A DNA stretch of 64,000 bases from positions 178,190,001 through 178,254,000 of the forward strand of contig NC_058368.1 in assembly GCF_018350175.1 (NCBI RefSeq), read 5' to 3'. A program made the position numbers and the translations under genes. Source of the stretch: Felis catus (taxonomy: Eukaryota). Below are positions 48,712 through 62,800 of the stretch, one piece after another. The notes beneath the pieces are model-generated. The model saw only the letters and a program-made list of their open reading frames with translations. It was not told where the DNA came from and searched no databases. Numbering within the stretch: the stretch's first letter is position 1; each line of letters starts with the position of its first letter.

Positions 48712-48781
48712 CTCCATGAGGGAAAAACTGAGCGTAGATCTGCTTGAATGTTTCTTCATTGACCACACCGCTGGGACACTC
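48712..48781 (-). CDS. KCNIP1: KCNIP1 coding exon [23 protein letters not shown]
   Basis: EF-hand 1 region; cag/gtgagt boundaries; 70 nt; phase consistent with neighbours. Confidence 0.96.
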
Positions 48782-49588
48782 CTGCGTGAAGGGGAGAGAG
48801 TCAGTGGGAGGGAGGGCTGCCTGGCCCCGAAGGAGGAGACTGGGTCCAGCCTTGGGGTTTAGGATTCCTCATCATCCCTGATGAACAGGGACTGGGCAAA
48901 CACCTGTACACTTCTGTGCCTCCAGGTGAGTGGCCGGGAGATAGCCCTGCCTTAAGAATGAAGCTGCCTTGCAAAATGATGAGACATCATCAGAGAATTG
49001 GCACTGTGAGGTAGAAACAGCTTGGGATTTGGGCCTAGGAAGGTCTGGGTTTGGATCCTGGCTCAGCCTCTTCTAGGCTTTGCAACTTTGGGTGAATTAG
49101 TGTCTGATCCTCAATGTCCTTACCTGTAAAATGGGGCTAACAGTACCTTCTGACAAGGCTGTCATGAGGCTTAATATATGAAATAATACGGCAAATTAAT
49201 ACATGGGCATTCAGGCTTACACTTCAGTCTTTATGAGCTCAGCATAGACCTAAATCTCGTCCGTTCTGGGGCACCGACAATATTGACAGTGTGAATGGGT
49301 CACACTAAGGCTAGAAGCTGGGCCAAGGTGAATTCTCCAAGGTTGTGCCTGCCATGTTGTGAAGTTCCTGGGCTATTGGCCAGTTTCCCATCTATGGAGA
49401 TTGCCTCATTCTTGCCTGAAGTCTTTCTTTTCAGCCAGGTGATCTTGCTCTCATGTCTTTATAGAATTGGCCTTCCTTTTACAACTACACACATGGAAAA
49501 CTCTCTGATGGGCCCTGTTGACATTTGGAAGAGCTTTGCTCCAGATGGGAAATCCTGCCTGGGCCTTCAGATGCCCTGTGGGCCTTAC

Positions 49589-49713
49589 ATTTTTGAAGCC
49601 TCGATAAAGAACTTGCAGCTCCCTCTTGGTGAAATTGGTCTGGGCCTCCAGCTGCTCCAGTCCCTCAGGCCGATGGCAAACCATGGTCATCTCCAGCTCA
49701 TCTTCAATCTTAT
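49589..49713 (-). CDS. KCNIP1: KCNIP1 coding exon (D)KIEDELEMTMVCHRPEGLEQLEAQTNFTKRELQVLYRGFKN
   Basis: Recognised KChIP1 sequence; cag acceptor and gtaagg donor; 125 nt. Confidence 0.96.
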
Positions 49714-52700
49714 CTGGAACCAGAGGAGATGGCATTGGAGTGGCTGACCTTAGTGGCCACTTGTCAGACCACAGTCTGGGCTGTCAAAAGAGTAGTGTTA
49801 TGACCTGGGATAAGGGATTCGGGGCTGGGGTCACACTGCAGATGATCCTTCTGCCTTGACCACCCCCCCCACCCCCAACCCAGTCACTTCTGTCTCACAC
49901 TCAGTCCAGTCATTACCCCAGGGGTGTCAGGCACTACTCAGGGAGGGAGCTTCAGGCTGGAGATGAACACGTTCCAAGTGGAGATGAAGGCGGGAGTGCT
50001 AAAAATAAGTCCATAATGAAAACTTTCCCTTTCTTTCAAAATAACTTCTTTGCACATTCAATTTGCTGCCCACTGAACCATGTGAATATTCTAGAGACAC
50101 AGGTAAGTGAGTGGAATGATTAACAGCTTTCAAACAGCAAAGGGAAACAACTCTATTAAAAATGTAGAGCAAACTCTTACCATTTGGTACGAATAGATGA
50201 AGGCTAACCCAATTTGGCAAAAAGTTCCAATTATGGCATGTTAAATATTAATTTAAGAGTACGAGTGTATTTTACAGTGTTGTTTTGTAATGTCTACTAG
50301 ACATTCTTAAATAATAGGCAAGTGACTTAAATGGGAACTACTTGATATAAATCAAAGCTTCTGAAGCGTTTGAGGGGTTCCAAAAACAGTTGTCTGAAGT
50401 AGCAGTTTGTTCCTCCAATAAGAATGACAATGTAATATAATTTTTCACCAGTTATTGAGAAAGGGTCAGTCAAAGCAAGAAATCTGCCCATCTCCTACTG
50501 AAGGACCACAAACTGAATAAGCGGAGGTTTCCACACTTTACCATCACAGCAGGATAAATGAGTGTTTTCCTCTGGGTCCTGCCAGACGCTTTCTATAAAT
50601 TTATTCCAATCAAGAATCAATTGTCGACTAACCTTCGCTGCCCATTGTTGTCGTGCAGACATAAGCAAATCCATATACTGAACGACTGTACATCTGGGCC
50701 AGCAAGAATAGCGATGAGATGGGCAAGCTGCTGGGAACGCCACACTCCACATGACATCCCATGACCACGGAGGGTGGGGGGCAGGCTGTGTTTCTGAGAG
50801 AACAGGGTGAGCAAGTGCTTTCCACTGAGTATATCTGTCTAGTCAGTGCCAAGCTGACTATCAGATTTTCTCTTCAATTGTCACTTTTCCTTTTGAGACT
50901 GTGATCTTAATACAAAAGGAAACTCTCCAAATGAGTTTGCATCTTGGACATCTTCCCTAAGGAAATGGATGTTTGGGGAAGGTGCCAGGGAGAAGCAGAA
51001 GAACTTGGTAATAATTCCCAGTGGTTGTCTTTCTTGTGTGCTGGGCAACTGGTATCACCTTATCCTCTTGGGAGTAGGGCAGATTATTTAATATAAATAA
51101 GATACTCTGTTTATACAACATAGCTGCAAGTGACCGATTTCTTTTTAATTCTTACAGAGCCTTTAATTATTGTTTTGTTTGTAGCTAACAAGTGGCAATT
51201 ACCTTAACATTGCAGCATTTCTATGTAAATCAAAGGGCTGATCCACCCCTCCAATGCCCCCCCCCACGTAAATTTAATTCAGAATACTTGCCTATATTTT
51301 TAGCTCATTTTAAAATAGAAATAAAATTATTGGTTTGAATCTCCCAGTGTTAGATTTAATAGCAATTTTATTTTGAAAAACACAGATATTTAAAAGTGTG
51401 AAGAGAGGTGAACTATTAAAATGGAAACAAGGAAGGCAGAAATGTATTTTTTGGAAGAAATGATGTATTTTTGCAGGCATATAGTATACCATTCTCACTT
51501 TAACTTATCCGGAAGCTGAAAAGACTTCTTTTGAAAGATTGTCTTGTTTCTATTAATCTTCCTGTGACTGAATTCTTCACAAGATCAGGGAAGTCTGTTT
51601 GCGGAAGTCTGTGAGAATCTCTCTGATTCATAAGCTGCACTTACTTACCATCTCCTCTATTATAAATGCACTAAGTAGTTACTGAAATATCAAATATTAA
51701 GCCCACTTCATTAAGGGAGAACTAGACTTTATCAATAAATGATTTGTTTGCTGTCTGGGCAGAGGGATCAATTTCCGTATTGGATTCCGTAATATCTGAA
51801 TATTGGGATGATGATTGCCAAGCTTTGGCTTGGTTTTGCTTCTCATCACCCTCTAATTGTCAGGCTGCGGTAACATCAGTCACTGAAGGAAATTCATGTC
51901 TTTGGGGCTCAAGATGCTGGGAAGTAGCCTGCGTGTCTTCAACCAGTGGTTCTCAATTTTTTGTTTTAATGTATTTCATAGTAAGAGCTACAATTAACAG
52001 CACATTCCAGGATGCACATACATATAAACAAAGATTTTATGACATATTTTGAAGCAAAAATTTCCTTAAACACTTTTCCCTATTGATGTGAGATGTACTT
52101 TGTTCTCAATTTTAATCTATTTCTTTGTAAAATTGTGTTAACCTTCATGTGTCATGACCTGTGAATGGAAAACACTGAGTTGTCTACACTTGTGGCAACC
52201 TTCTAGAAGGGCCCACATCTCAGCATTCCTCTCCCTCATTCCTGCTCTCCCTTCCCCTCCTTCATCTAGTTCCAGCCACTATAAATATATTCTGAAGAAA
52301 TTTCTGAAGGGGCTGCTGAGGTTTTCACATTCCTCCCGTTGCACTGACCCCCCTCTCTCAGGGAGTCCCTGGGTGCTGCCCAGGTGGTCCCAGTAAAGGA
52401 AGGAGGGAGGCCCAGCTCTCGGGTTGGAGGAGGAGGAAACAGAACTAACAGGTGGGGAGCCTCTTTGACAGTTTCTTCTGTTAAGAGTCTGCAAGGTGAA
52501 ATGTTGCTTGATATTATTTTTGTTATTAAAAGTAATGGTGAGTCAGTTACTAAGTCAGATTGAGTTTGGATGATAGACATTAAAATTAACCTAGAAATTT
52601 AGTACTATGGTGGTAACTACATAACAAGAATTAGAATACCTTCTGTTGGTAAAATACTGTTAATCTGTAAAATGTTTTCATGCCTGTTGTCCCACTACAA

Positions 52701-54337
52701 CCTTGTGTGTGGTGGGGAGCGAGTATTAGAAAGATGGGTGTCTTAACAGACAAGGAGATTGTCTAACCATGAGTATCTTAAACACTGATGAATTGCCTAT
52801 TACTGCGGGTAAAGCAAGATAGAAAAAATCAACGGGAGGGGATTTACAGCAGGAAATTCCCAGACTGAAGGAGAAGTTGGAGAAGATGATTCAGATTAAG
52901 TGGTCTTTATTGTTTTGAGCTCACAGACTCTTCTGAGTGTGAGATAAAAGCTTTAGACTCTCAGAAAAAGAAAATGCACCTAATTATGGCATTTTGCTGT
53001 ACTTTCAGTTAGATCTTGGATATTTTAAACACATGGAGACATGTTAAGTGCTTCTAGCACAGGAGATCTCTTCCAAGCTCTGTCACTAAATGGCTTTGCC
53101 TAAGACAGAATGGGACCTAGAATCGAGCCAGTCCCAGGTCTCTTTTATAGATCTGGCTTCCATGTGCCCCTACAATGGCTTCCCTTTCCCTTAAGCACAA
53201 ACTGCAAATTGGTTTGTGACCAATGTGACAAAGTTTGCAATATTAGGAGCTATGCTCCTAACAAGCTCTGTACAGGTCACACCCTTAGGTTATGAGTTGT
53301 AAGAGGACCCAAGCCTTTAGTCTCCTCCCTAGTGAATCTCCTCTGTTAGTTCTGTGACCATGACCACGACCAAGGCCAAAAACCATGGCCATGATGACTT
53401 CCTTCTCCCTGCACTAGAAAATAGTCTCTTCATCGTGGGGTCTCTGGGTTGGACTTGATAATCACCTATCTGTTTTCAAGGTTACAAAATTGTGGCCCTT
53501 GACATAGAATGCAGCCCCCAAATAGGTCTTGTTTTGTTTATAAAATGTGATGGGTTTTTTTGTTTTTGTTTTTGTTTTTGGAATTAACTGCTGCTATTGA
53601 AAGATGAGAGATCGACAAATTCGGTTATTTTATTTCTCTTGGAAAATGGGATTATCTAACAACTTTTAGTCTCAAATTCTCACAAGGAAATAGTTTATGA
53701 AAGCTGAGTGGTGGTTGTTCCCTCTGAGCAGCCAGAGCCTCTAGCGCTCCACCTGTATGCCTGTGGCTCACTTCATTCATTTATGCTACCTTCCCGGCCC
53801 TACAGGCATTTGACTTTTCCCTTCCTGATCTCTGCCCGCTTACCTCCCACCTACCTACCTACCTTTTTTCTTACCTCACTCACCACCCAGCCAACCACCT
53901 TTTCTCTCCTTACTACTTATTTAAACACATTCCACTTTGTTTCACAAAGGGCTTAAAATTGATTATAGGAAATAAATATAATAAATTTAAAAGAGATAAA
54001 GTAACAAGAAAAACTGCCTCAGAAAATGTTGATTTGATTAAGAGGTCAAGGCCATGGGGAAAAAGACAACTTAGAAATACAGGTCATTTATTCCAAGCAG
54101 TGACCAAGCTTGAGTCACAGACTGGCTCTGAGCTTTTACATATTATCTTGTTGCCCATTAGAGAAAAACATATCCATTTCTTATTAGGAGCAAACCTCTT
54201 CCTATAACTTGTCTCTAAAAGAAAGTTTCCAGCTGTTTCTATATAGGTGGTCTATATAGGTGCTAACAAGGGGCAAAGAAAGTTGGTGAATGAGTAGACT
54301 AATTACAAAATCTATTTGATTAAGAAACTCTTCTTTC

Positions 54338-54528
54338 GGAGGCACCTGGGTGGCTTAGTCGGTTGGGCATCCGACTTTGGCTCAGGTCATGATCTCGTGG
54401 TTCATGGGTTCAAGCCCCTGAGTTGGGCTCTGTGCTGCTGGCTTGAAGCCTGGAGCCTACTTTGGATTCTGTGTCTCCCTCTTTCTCTGCCCCTCCCCTG
54501 CTCACACTGTCTCTCTCTGTCTCTCAAA

Positions 54529-54570
<42 letters not shown>

Positions 54571-54580
54571 CGTTAAAAAA
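54338..54580 (+). repeat. SINEC with (AAT)n tail, ~60 nt from the KCNIP1 33-nt exon donor
   Basis: SINE consensus; TSD ctcttcttt. Confidence 0.88.
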
Positions 54581-54638
54581 AGCTCTTCTTTTGAAAGTAA
54601 TATGACCAAAGTAGTCAAGTTAGTTTAAACTTTTTTAC

Positions 54639-54671
54639 CTCTCTGATACTGGTAATACCACCAGGCGATGT
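54639..54671 (-). CDS. KCNIP1: KCNIP1 alternative 33-nt exon (KChIP1b-type insert, (D)IAWWYYQYQR)
   Basis: Minus strand reads ttttcctag|ACATCGCCTGGTGGTATTACCAGTATCAGAGAG|gtaaaa. It is 33 nt, phase 1/1, and matches the known 11-aa KChIP1 insert. Not in the ORF track. Confidence 0.9.
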
Positions 54672-55667
54672 CTAGGAAAAAGTAAGAAAACATTTTACCA
54701 AATCCATTCATCGAAAAGACAAAGCATACTTTTATTTTCCATGGAGATTCCACTCGGAGGGTGTCCAGGTCACCATCCAGCTCGACATACGCAAAGAGAT
54801 CTTGTAGCAGAGCTGGTGCTGACCTTTTCCTTATCCTTTTCCCCAGGTGGGAGCAGGCAAGAGTAACGGGTCACCTCGCAGTGCCCACGGCTCCCAGCAG
54901 GGGGCTCATTGAGCATGCCCGCAGCCATGCAGCCATGCAGCCCGAAGAGAGATGGGATGGCATGGGGCAGAGGATGCACGGATGTGGATGGGTCCTTGAA
55001 AATACCTGCATGTTTGGTTGTAAAGTGGCTTATATGATACCCTTCACAACAGAGGCCCCATGGTCCCCCTCTGCTACCTTGTCATTTGAAGCTGCACATT
55101 TTGTAGGATTCTATATTCGCTCACTCAACAATCATCAGTGACATACCTACATATTTCAGTGAATGAAACGACTCTGTTCCCTGCTCTCCTGGAGCTTACA
55201 GTCTACAAGCCTATGCTTCTCTTTTCCCTTTAGGAGCTTGATAAGTAACACCGATGCAGGGGGAAACAAGGTGGGGGGGGCTGTGGAAAAAACTAATTAG
55301 CACATTAGAACTTGTGAGCAGAGTGGAGGCAGGTGAAGTCCCCTGTTGTGCTGAATACGAAACATAAGATGGATTATCAGACCTGGAAACTCCTTCATGG
55401 CACCATAGAGTTGGCTGGGTCCAGGTCCCAGAGAGTAGAAAATGGGGGTCTTGTTGCTCTCCTGCAGGCCTTTGGGGTTGATTTGGGGGGTCAACTTGGT
55501 TTACCTCTGTAGGCTATTATTTGAACTTCCTCCTGTCCTTCCATCACTCCTGACCAAGAGTGTGTGAGCCAGTCCAGCTATCACTTTAAGTGTGTTTTGG
55601 TCACTCCCCACCCATAACCCCAGACAGCAGGGGCTCATTTTCTGCTGTCCCTAAAAGTGGTGGTATA

Positions 55668-55827
55668 GGGGCACCTAGGTGGCTCAGTCAGTTAAGCATC
55701 CAACTTCAGCTCAGGTCATGATCTCACGGTTCGTGAGTTCAAGCCCCGCATTGGGCTCTGTGCTGACAGCTCAGAGCCTAGAACCTGCTTTGGCTTCTGT
55801 GCCTCCTTCTCTCTCTACCCCTCCCCT

Positions 55828-55865
<38 letters not shown>

Positions 55866-56308
55866 CCCCTCAGTGCTTTCTCTCTCAAAAGTAAAATAAA
55901 ACATTAAAAAAAATTTAAGTGGTGGTATAGATGGATATCCATCCTCTGGTAAATATTTCTGCTCTTGACCTGGTCCTGATCTGAATCCCATGGGAGAAAC
56001 TTATTTTGCCAGATTTAGTTGCCCTCTGTTATCACTCTGATTAATAGCATTTGCACTTATTTACCATTTCTAATAGACTTTATTTATTTTTTTTATTTAA
56101 ATTTTTAAACATTTATTTATTTTTGAGACAGAGAGAGACAGAGCATGAACGGGGGAGGGTCAGAGAGAGGGAGACACAGAATCTGAAACAGGCTTCAGGC
56201 TCTGAGCTGTCAGCACAGAGCCCGACGCGGGGCTCGAACTCATGGTCTGCGAGATCATGACCTGAGCTGAAGTTGGCCACTTAACCGACTGAGCCACCCA
56301 GGCGCCCC
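55668..56308. repeat. Two SINECs in opposite orientation (55668-55915 plus; 56080-56308 minus)
   Basis: SINE consensus on both strands; TSDs aagtggtggtatag and taatagactttatt. Confidence 0.88.
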
Positions 56309-57299
56309 TAATAGACTTTATTGTTAAGGCAGTTTTAGGTTGACAGAAAAATTACGTAGAAAATACAGAGTTCACATGCACATCACCTCACGGCTTCCCC
56401 TATCATTAACATCTTGCACTAGTATGGTATATATGTTACAACTGATGAACCAAGATTAAAATATTTTTAGCTAAAGTCCATAGTTTACATTAGAGAGCAT
56501 TCTTTGTGTGGTGCAGTTCTGTGGGTTTTAACAAATGTATAATGTCACGTATCTGCCACTACAGAATCCTCCAGACTAGTTTCACAGCCTTAAAAATACT
56601 TACATAGCATTTTTGTAGTGGTATGTCTACAAATATGGGTTCACCGTCTCTGCCATGCCAGGGATGGGATTGGGAGAGAGATGAAAAGACAGACTGTTCA
56701 TATGGAGCTCTCCAACTAGTGGTGAGACATGCACAGAGACCAGGATTACAAACTCAAATGCCAGTAGTAGTTGGTAAGTAATTTAAATGAGTCAGGTGCT
56801 GGGTGTACAACCTGAGTGGCAGGGACTGAGAACTGGTGAGTCATTACCCCATGAAAGGGAAACAGCTCTTACACAGCTAGTCATTGTTATATAGAATTTA
56901 GTTTCACAGAGCCCAGATTTTTAGTTTTTCTTAAGAGCTGCTACAGTTAAGATTGTTTGTGTCCTGACTCTTAGCTGTTATCAATGACTTTAACATTGGA
57001 AACATACAGCATGGGCCAAATATAATATTCCCAATTGTAGGATGCTATGGATTGCTGGCCTGGAACCCTTCGCTGGCAAATCATGCCAAGGCCAAGTAGT
57101 GGCATGGCAGTGTGGACATGGCTGAGGCATTGGGAGCCAAGAGGAGGAAGCTTTTCATGAATAACCCCTGGATGGCAGGAAATTGAAAGTGGTGGCAGGG
57201 ATGGCTCCAAGGGGAGCTGGTAATTCATTTGAGTCTTCAAGAAGGAAGGGAAAAAGGGAATGTCTATCATATGCAATGATACAGAAGCCAAAAGGCCAG

Positions 57300-58323
57300 G
57301 GTGAGCTCTCCTCTAGTACAGCTGACTTCTTACTGAGAACAACTGGAAAAGGAGTATTAAAGAAATAAACCAATTAAAAAATTTTTAAAAATTACCATGG
57401 TAACAGCAACAAAAAGACACCTAAAGACTGGGCAGGGGGTGGGGGAACAGGAAAAAATACCTTAACACATGTGTTTGAAGGCACTGGAGAGCTACCAATT
57501 TATCCTATCTTTAGAAGCAATGATTCTGGAGGGAAGAAAAACTCATTAAGGTGAGCCTGACAGTCAGTGCTGCTTTTCATCTCACAGGGTATGCTGATTT
57601 ATAAGTGGCATGGGTTCTGAGCTTGAGAAACTGAGCAAAAGGGTCTGCTAAGGGGAAAGAATATAAGCAGAACTTTCGGCAATCTGGGAAGACAAAAATG
57701 GGATCAGTCCTACGAAGACATTCAGGGCTCGAGGGGCCAAGACCGGAGGGGCCACAGAGGAGGGGAGCACAGACATAATGTTATCAACCTGAGCTATCAT
57801 AAGTGACTGAGGTCAATGGAAACTAAGCAAAAACCACAGCCCAAAGGTTGCAGAGCTAAATGGAGCTCTTGGCAGGCTCACAGGGTTATGGGTTAGCGGT
57901 TAGATTCAGGGTCTTCTAGGAGGTGGGTTCCTGGTGAACATTCAGGCTTTCAGTTTGACCCCTAAAGGACTGTGTTCTAGGAGCAAGGCATATTAGAAGT
58001 AGATCAGGCCTCTCAAAGATTGAAATCCAGCCTCGAAACAACTCAATCCCTATTAGGATTAAGTTTATTTGCTCCTGCTCAGTTACCTTGCAGAAGTTGA
58101 AGGTTCAGCCAGATAGTGTTCACATTTTGTATTCTAATGTTCACCACTCATTGCAAATTTGCCAGGCATATTAAGATAGGACCAAGAGAAAAAGACAGAA
58201 TACAGTAATAGATTCATAGTAATCTAAATATTGGCTTTATCAACTATGGGCCTTAAAATAATGGTGAATATGCTCAAGAAAATAAATAAAAAGATTGAGA
58301 TTCCACCAGAGACTTGGAGAACT

Positions 58324-58360
<37 letters not shown>

Positions 58361-59840
58361 CTAGAATTAAAAAATATATTATCCAAGATTAACAACTAAA
58401 TAGATCAATTTAACGGCTGGTTGGGCACAGATGAAGAATGATTTGGTGGATAGGTCAATAGAAAAATATAAAGACTTATGCACAGAGAGAGAAATATGAA
58501 AAATACAGAGAAGACCATAAGAGACATATTGGACTTGAAGAAAAGTTCTTTTATATGTATATATATATACATATATATATATGTATATATAATACATGTA
58601 TATATATATATACACATATATTTTTTTTTTTGAGAGAGAGAGAGGCAGAGTGTGTGCAGAGGAGGGGCAAAGAGAGAGGGAAACACAGAATCCTAAGCAG
58701 GCTCGAGGCTCTGAGCTGTTAGCACAGAGCCCGAAGCGGGGCTCAAACTCACGAACCATGAGATATGACCTGGGCTGAAGTCAGATGCTTAACCGACTGA
58801 GCCACCCAGGCACCCCTCATAAAAGTTCTAACATATGTGTAACTGGAGTCCCCAATGGGGAGGAGATAAAAAATGCTGTTGAGGCAATATCTGAAGTGAC
58901 AATTGATCATTTAAAAAAACCAATTAAATATATCAAGCCACAGATGTCAAGCCACAGATTCTGGAAGCATAAACCCAAGCAGAGAAACTCATAGGAAACC
59001 ACACCAAGGCACATCACAATAAAACAGTTGAAATGCAAAGCTAAACAGAAAATCTTTAATACAAGAAAGCCATCTTCAGATAAAAACCAAGCCCTAGCTC
59101 GATGCTTATTAATTAGGACACAGAAAAAGTAGAAATGAAAGTACAACATGCAAACATGTCAAGAAAAAGTGGCTTGGCTATTTTAACACTAGAGGAAGTA
59201 GACTTTAAGGCAAGAAGCTTTGCTAGAGAGAAAGGGAGTTTGCATAATGAAGGTGCCATCCACTAGGAAGATATAACAATTCCAAATTAGTATGCACAAA
59301 TAATATAGTTTCCAAATACAAAGCAAAGGCTGACAGAGAAAAGAAGAACCAGCAAATTCACAGTCATAATTGGAGATTTCAAAACCCTTCTCTCAGCAAC
59401 TGATAAAAAAAAAATCGATGAGGGTATAGAGGATATGAGCAACGCAATTAACAAATGTGTCTCCATTGATAGGAGTGGAGCTCTTTATCCAACCACCATA
59501 GATACCGCACATTCCTTTCAAGGGCTCAGAGAACATTTACCAAAATTGACCACTTCCTGAGTAATAAAGCCAATCTCAACAAAGTTTGAAGAAATGAAAT
59601 TGTTCAGAATGTTTTCTATCCACGTGGAATTAAACAAGAAATCAAGAGAAGAAGAAAAAAAGAGGAAATCTCCAAATGTTTGGAAGCCAAGCAACATGGT
59701 TCGAATTCGTAATAACCCATGTATGGAGGAAGAAACCTCATGGAAATTAGAAAGCATTTGGAATCAAATGATAATGAAAATATAACATATCAAAACTGTG
59801 GGACGCTGTGAAAACTGAACCCAGAGGGAAATTTAAAGAG
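57300..59840 (+). repeat. Old degenerate L1 (ORF1/ORF2 endonuclease region) with (TA)n tracts and a SINEC at 58620-58816
   Basis: A-rich; gtagactttaagg, tatgcacc-aataa, ggagatttcaa and attgaccac motifs of the L1 endonuclease region. Confidence 0.7.
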
Positions 59841-62800
59841 CATGACATACTTGAGCTGCAAATAATTTAGGTGACAGTGTGCATAAAATTGAATGCCTAA
59901 AATTGAATGCTGTGCTGCCTCTTGAAATCATATTTCTAGTGCTTCTAGTGGTTCATTTTCAGCGTTGCCTAAACTATGTTGGTTACATTAAAGACTACAT
60001 TAGAGATGGCATGCTGGCATTTGAAACTGTGATCTTTTCTCTCCCCTTAAACATGGTCGATTGATTTATTCTGGGTGAGATTAACACCATTTTTTTTTGA
60101 TTGACAATTTACTCCATTATCATCAACGATGAAGATCCTTGTTGGTGCCTGTATGGATCGGGGTGGGACGCGCAGGGGGCTGGGGGGGGGGGGGGGTTGA
60201 CAAGTTCTATCTGGTCCTGAAGTATAATCCTGGAGGCTGAGGGCTGAGATTCTTACAGCAGGGGCTTGGAGGTGAGTCATAAGCTCACTCAGACACACAC
60301 AGCACACACAACTCGTCAGCTCTGAATTTATAAACTTAACGATGAGTCCCGGGAGTGCTGAGCTGAGCTTTGATAAAGATTTTCTGAGTGTTCCAGACAT
60401 TTTTTTCAGTCTTCTTGCTTCAATAAAACTCAAATCATGTTTTGCTCCAAGCGTTTGTTCTCTTAATCTTGAAACCCTCCTGCCCCTTTTAAGCGAAATT
60501 GAATTTATACATTTCTCATTCATTTACACCTTAGTCCTGAAAATCTTCTGAAAAAAAAAAAAAAAAGAGTCCCTCAAAGAAAATCTTTGAGTATTCCTTG
60601 TTCCATTTGATGGGAGATTTTCCAGGTCAAATGACTTGAAAATTCTTCCGCATATAGCATATTTCGGTTCTCTGACTTTTCTCCCAAAAGGAGGGTGTTT
60701 TTGAACATGGCCTTCAGATCAGCACATTGGGTGGGTGGGTGGGTGGGTGTGTGGGAAGGTGAGTGTCAGATGTACCTCAGAAGCTGGTGGTAGTGGAGAT
60801 TAGGTGTCAGAAATATAATGTAATTATTAAAAGTCCACAAAGCCATTATGCAGCCATAAATCACAATTCTGTTGGTTGTGTGACAGCATAACATTTGCAC
60901 ATTTTCCACCGAGATTGAAAAAAACAAAGAAACTTCTGGGAAATAAGTGGGTCATTTAGATCCCAGAGTTGGCAGAAAGGAGCCCTAAGTGGTATTTCAG
61001 GACAGGGAGCAAGGCCACATACATTAGGGACTCTTGTGTCTCCTCGCCTCCAAAGCAACATTTCATTCCAGCTAAGGCTGTGGCCAGGCTGCAGAGTAGA
61101 AATGTCAGGGTCACTGCAGTGTCTCAGCTGCAGGTGGAAATCTCTCAATGATGTTTTAAGTGGACCTCTGTGTCTGTAAAAAGTGTCCCAGGATGAAACT
61201 GGATGGTGTACTTAGGTGGCACCAGCAGTCCTTACAGCTCTAGGAGCAATTAGTCACACAAGGCCCAAATCCTGCCACCAGCTAGCAGTCAGGAGGCAGT
61301 GGGGAACCTCCCGCCATTTCTCCTTTGGTCTCGGGGGACCCTGCCCTGAAGTTCCAGCACGTGGAGATGGCCAGTTCATGAGTGGTGGCTCCCCTGAGTT
61401 GGGGGGTGGGGGAGCATGTTGCCCAGGATAAGTGAGTCTCGAATATTTCTGCACGAGATTAGAAGAGCATGTCGGTGGGATTTTGTTACTGCTCTTTTCC
61501 ACGGGGAAAGGGCACTGCTAGTTTTAAGTTGGAAATACGAAGGTGCAGAGAGGGGTCAAAAAAATTACTCAAAGGAAAAGTAAGATTGCTGTGTGACTAG
61601 GACTTCTGTTAGGTTGGGCATAGAATCTTCTCATCAGTGGAAATTCCCTGCATCAAGGTCAGGCTAAGGTGTGAAAATCTTGTCTTTTAGCCTGTGTTTT
61701 GAAGGGTAGTTCATTGCTATCCGGCTAACTTAACAACTTACCCGGTGATAGTTTCCAGGCAGAGGGCTTGCCCTGGTGGGCTGGTAAGTGTTTAACAACT
61801 GGCATTTGGGGATGGGAGAGAAGCCTGATTGATACAATTTTCCAATTTCTTTGGTGTAAATATTCCCATCAGGCTGTCAACCGAAGTCACAGGATGTGGA
61901 TTTGGGAAGTGCAGTGCACAATCCGTGGGTATGAGGCAGCTCCATCATATTACTGCTGCTATGCTGGCATATGTTTAACTATCCCAAATTAGTGTGCTAA
62001 GGGCCTGAAAAACAATGCATAAAGCAGGCTCAGCTCCAGTAGTCTAACCAAATAAACCTTTTCTTTGTTGTTATCGTGAAAATAAGGTTCTGTACCTCAT
62101 ATGGAATAATCACAAGCAGGGAAATAATGGAGATTGGCCTGGTAAGCTTTTGCTGGAATTCAGTATTAATGTATCCTCCTATTAAGTGCTTGTCTTGGTG
62201 AGCTCAGAGAGCATGGTAATAGTTTTAGGATTGATCTAATCATCTCACTGTGCCTAGGAGGTATATGGTTATTAGGCTAATTCCAGCTATAATCATACCC
62301 ACCTTGTAGTTGTGAATCTAAAGGAGATAAGATATGTAAAGGGCTCTATGCACACAGTAGGTCCTCAAAAAATGTTTTTCTCATCTAATAGCGTGTTATG
62401 TCCGTGATTTTAAGGGTGAGTCTCAAAGGCAGAATCCAGTAATCAAGTCTGTAGATACTCTGTAGGCCATAATTGCGCCTTTTCTGATGGATCTAGTTAA
62501 TTAAGTGTGCTTTTCTTTAATACAGGAAGATTTGTTTGTTCTGTGATTGACTCTGTCAGAAAGGCACTCTGTTGCCAGCTCAGGTTGGACATTAACTGAT
62601 TAAAGTGAATATTATCATTCTATATTAACCGCAATGGACAGAAGCAAACACAAGACGCTGGCTGAAAGAGCATCGAGCACCTCGGGCTGCAGATTGTCGG
62701 GGAACAGGGCAGAGCATCAGTGAGCGGTGGACACCAGAAACACAGGGCCCAGAGTGTAAAGTCTATGGATACAATAACTGACCGTCACGGAGAAGATTTC

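Noticed and set aside
49714..49783. Upstream alternative acceptor (cttttgacag) extending the KCNIP1 exon
   Set aside because: It would add 67 nt and shift the frame; no support from sequence alone.
50470..50860. CpG-retaining patch with several short ORFs in a KCNIP1 intron
   Set aside because: No coherent exon boundaries or known KChIP N-terminus; it may be an ancient repeat or conserved element, but I cannot support either.
60047..60523. 158-aa minus-strand ORF as an alternative KCNIP1 first exon
   Set aside because: It does not resemble known KChIP1 N-termini and runs through homopolymer tracts.
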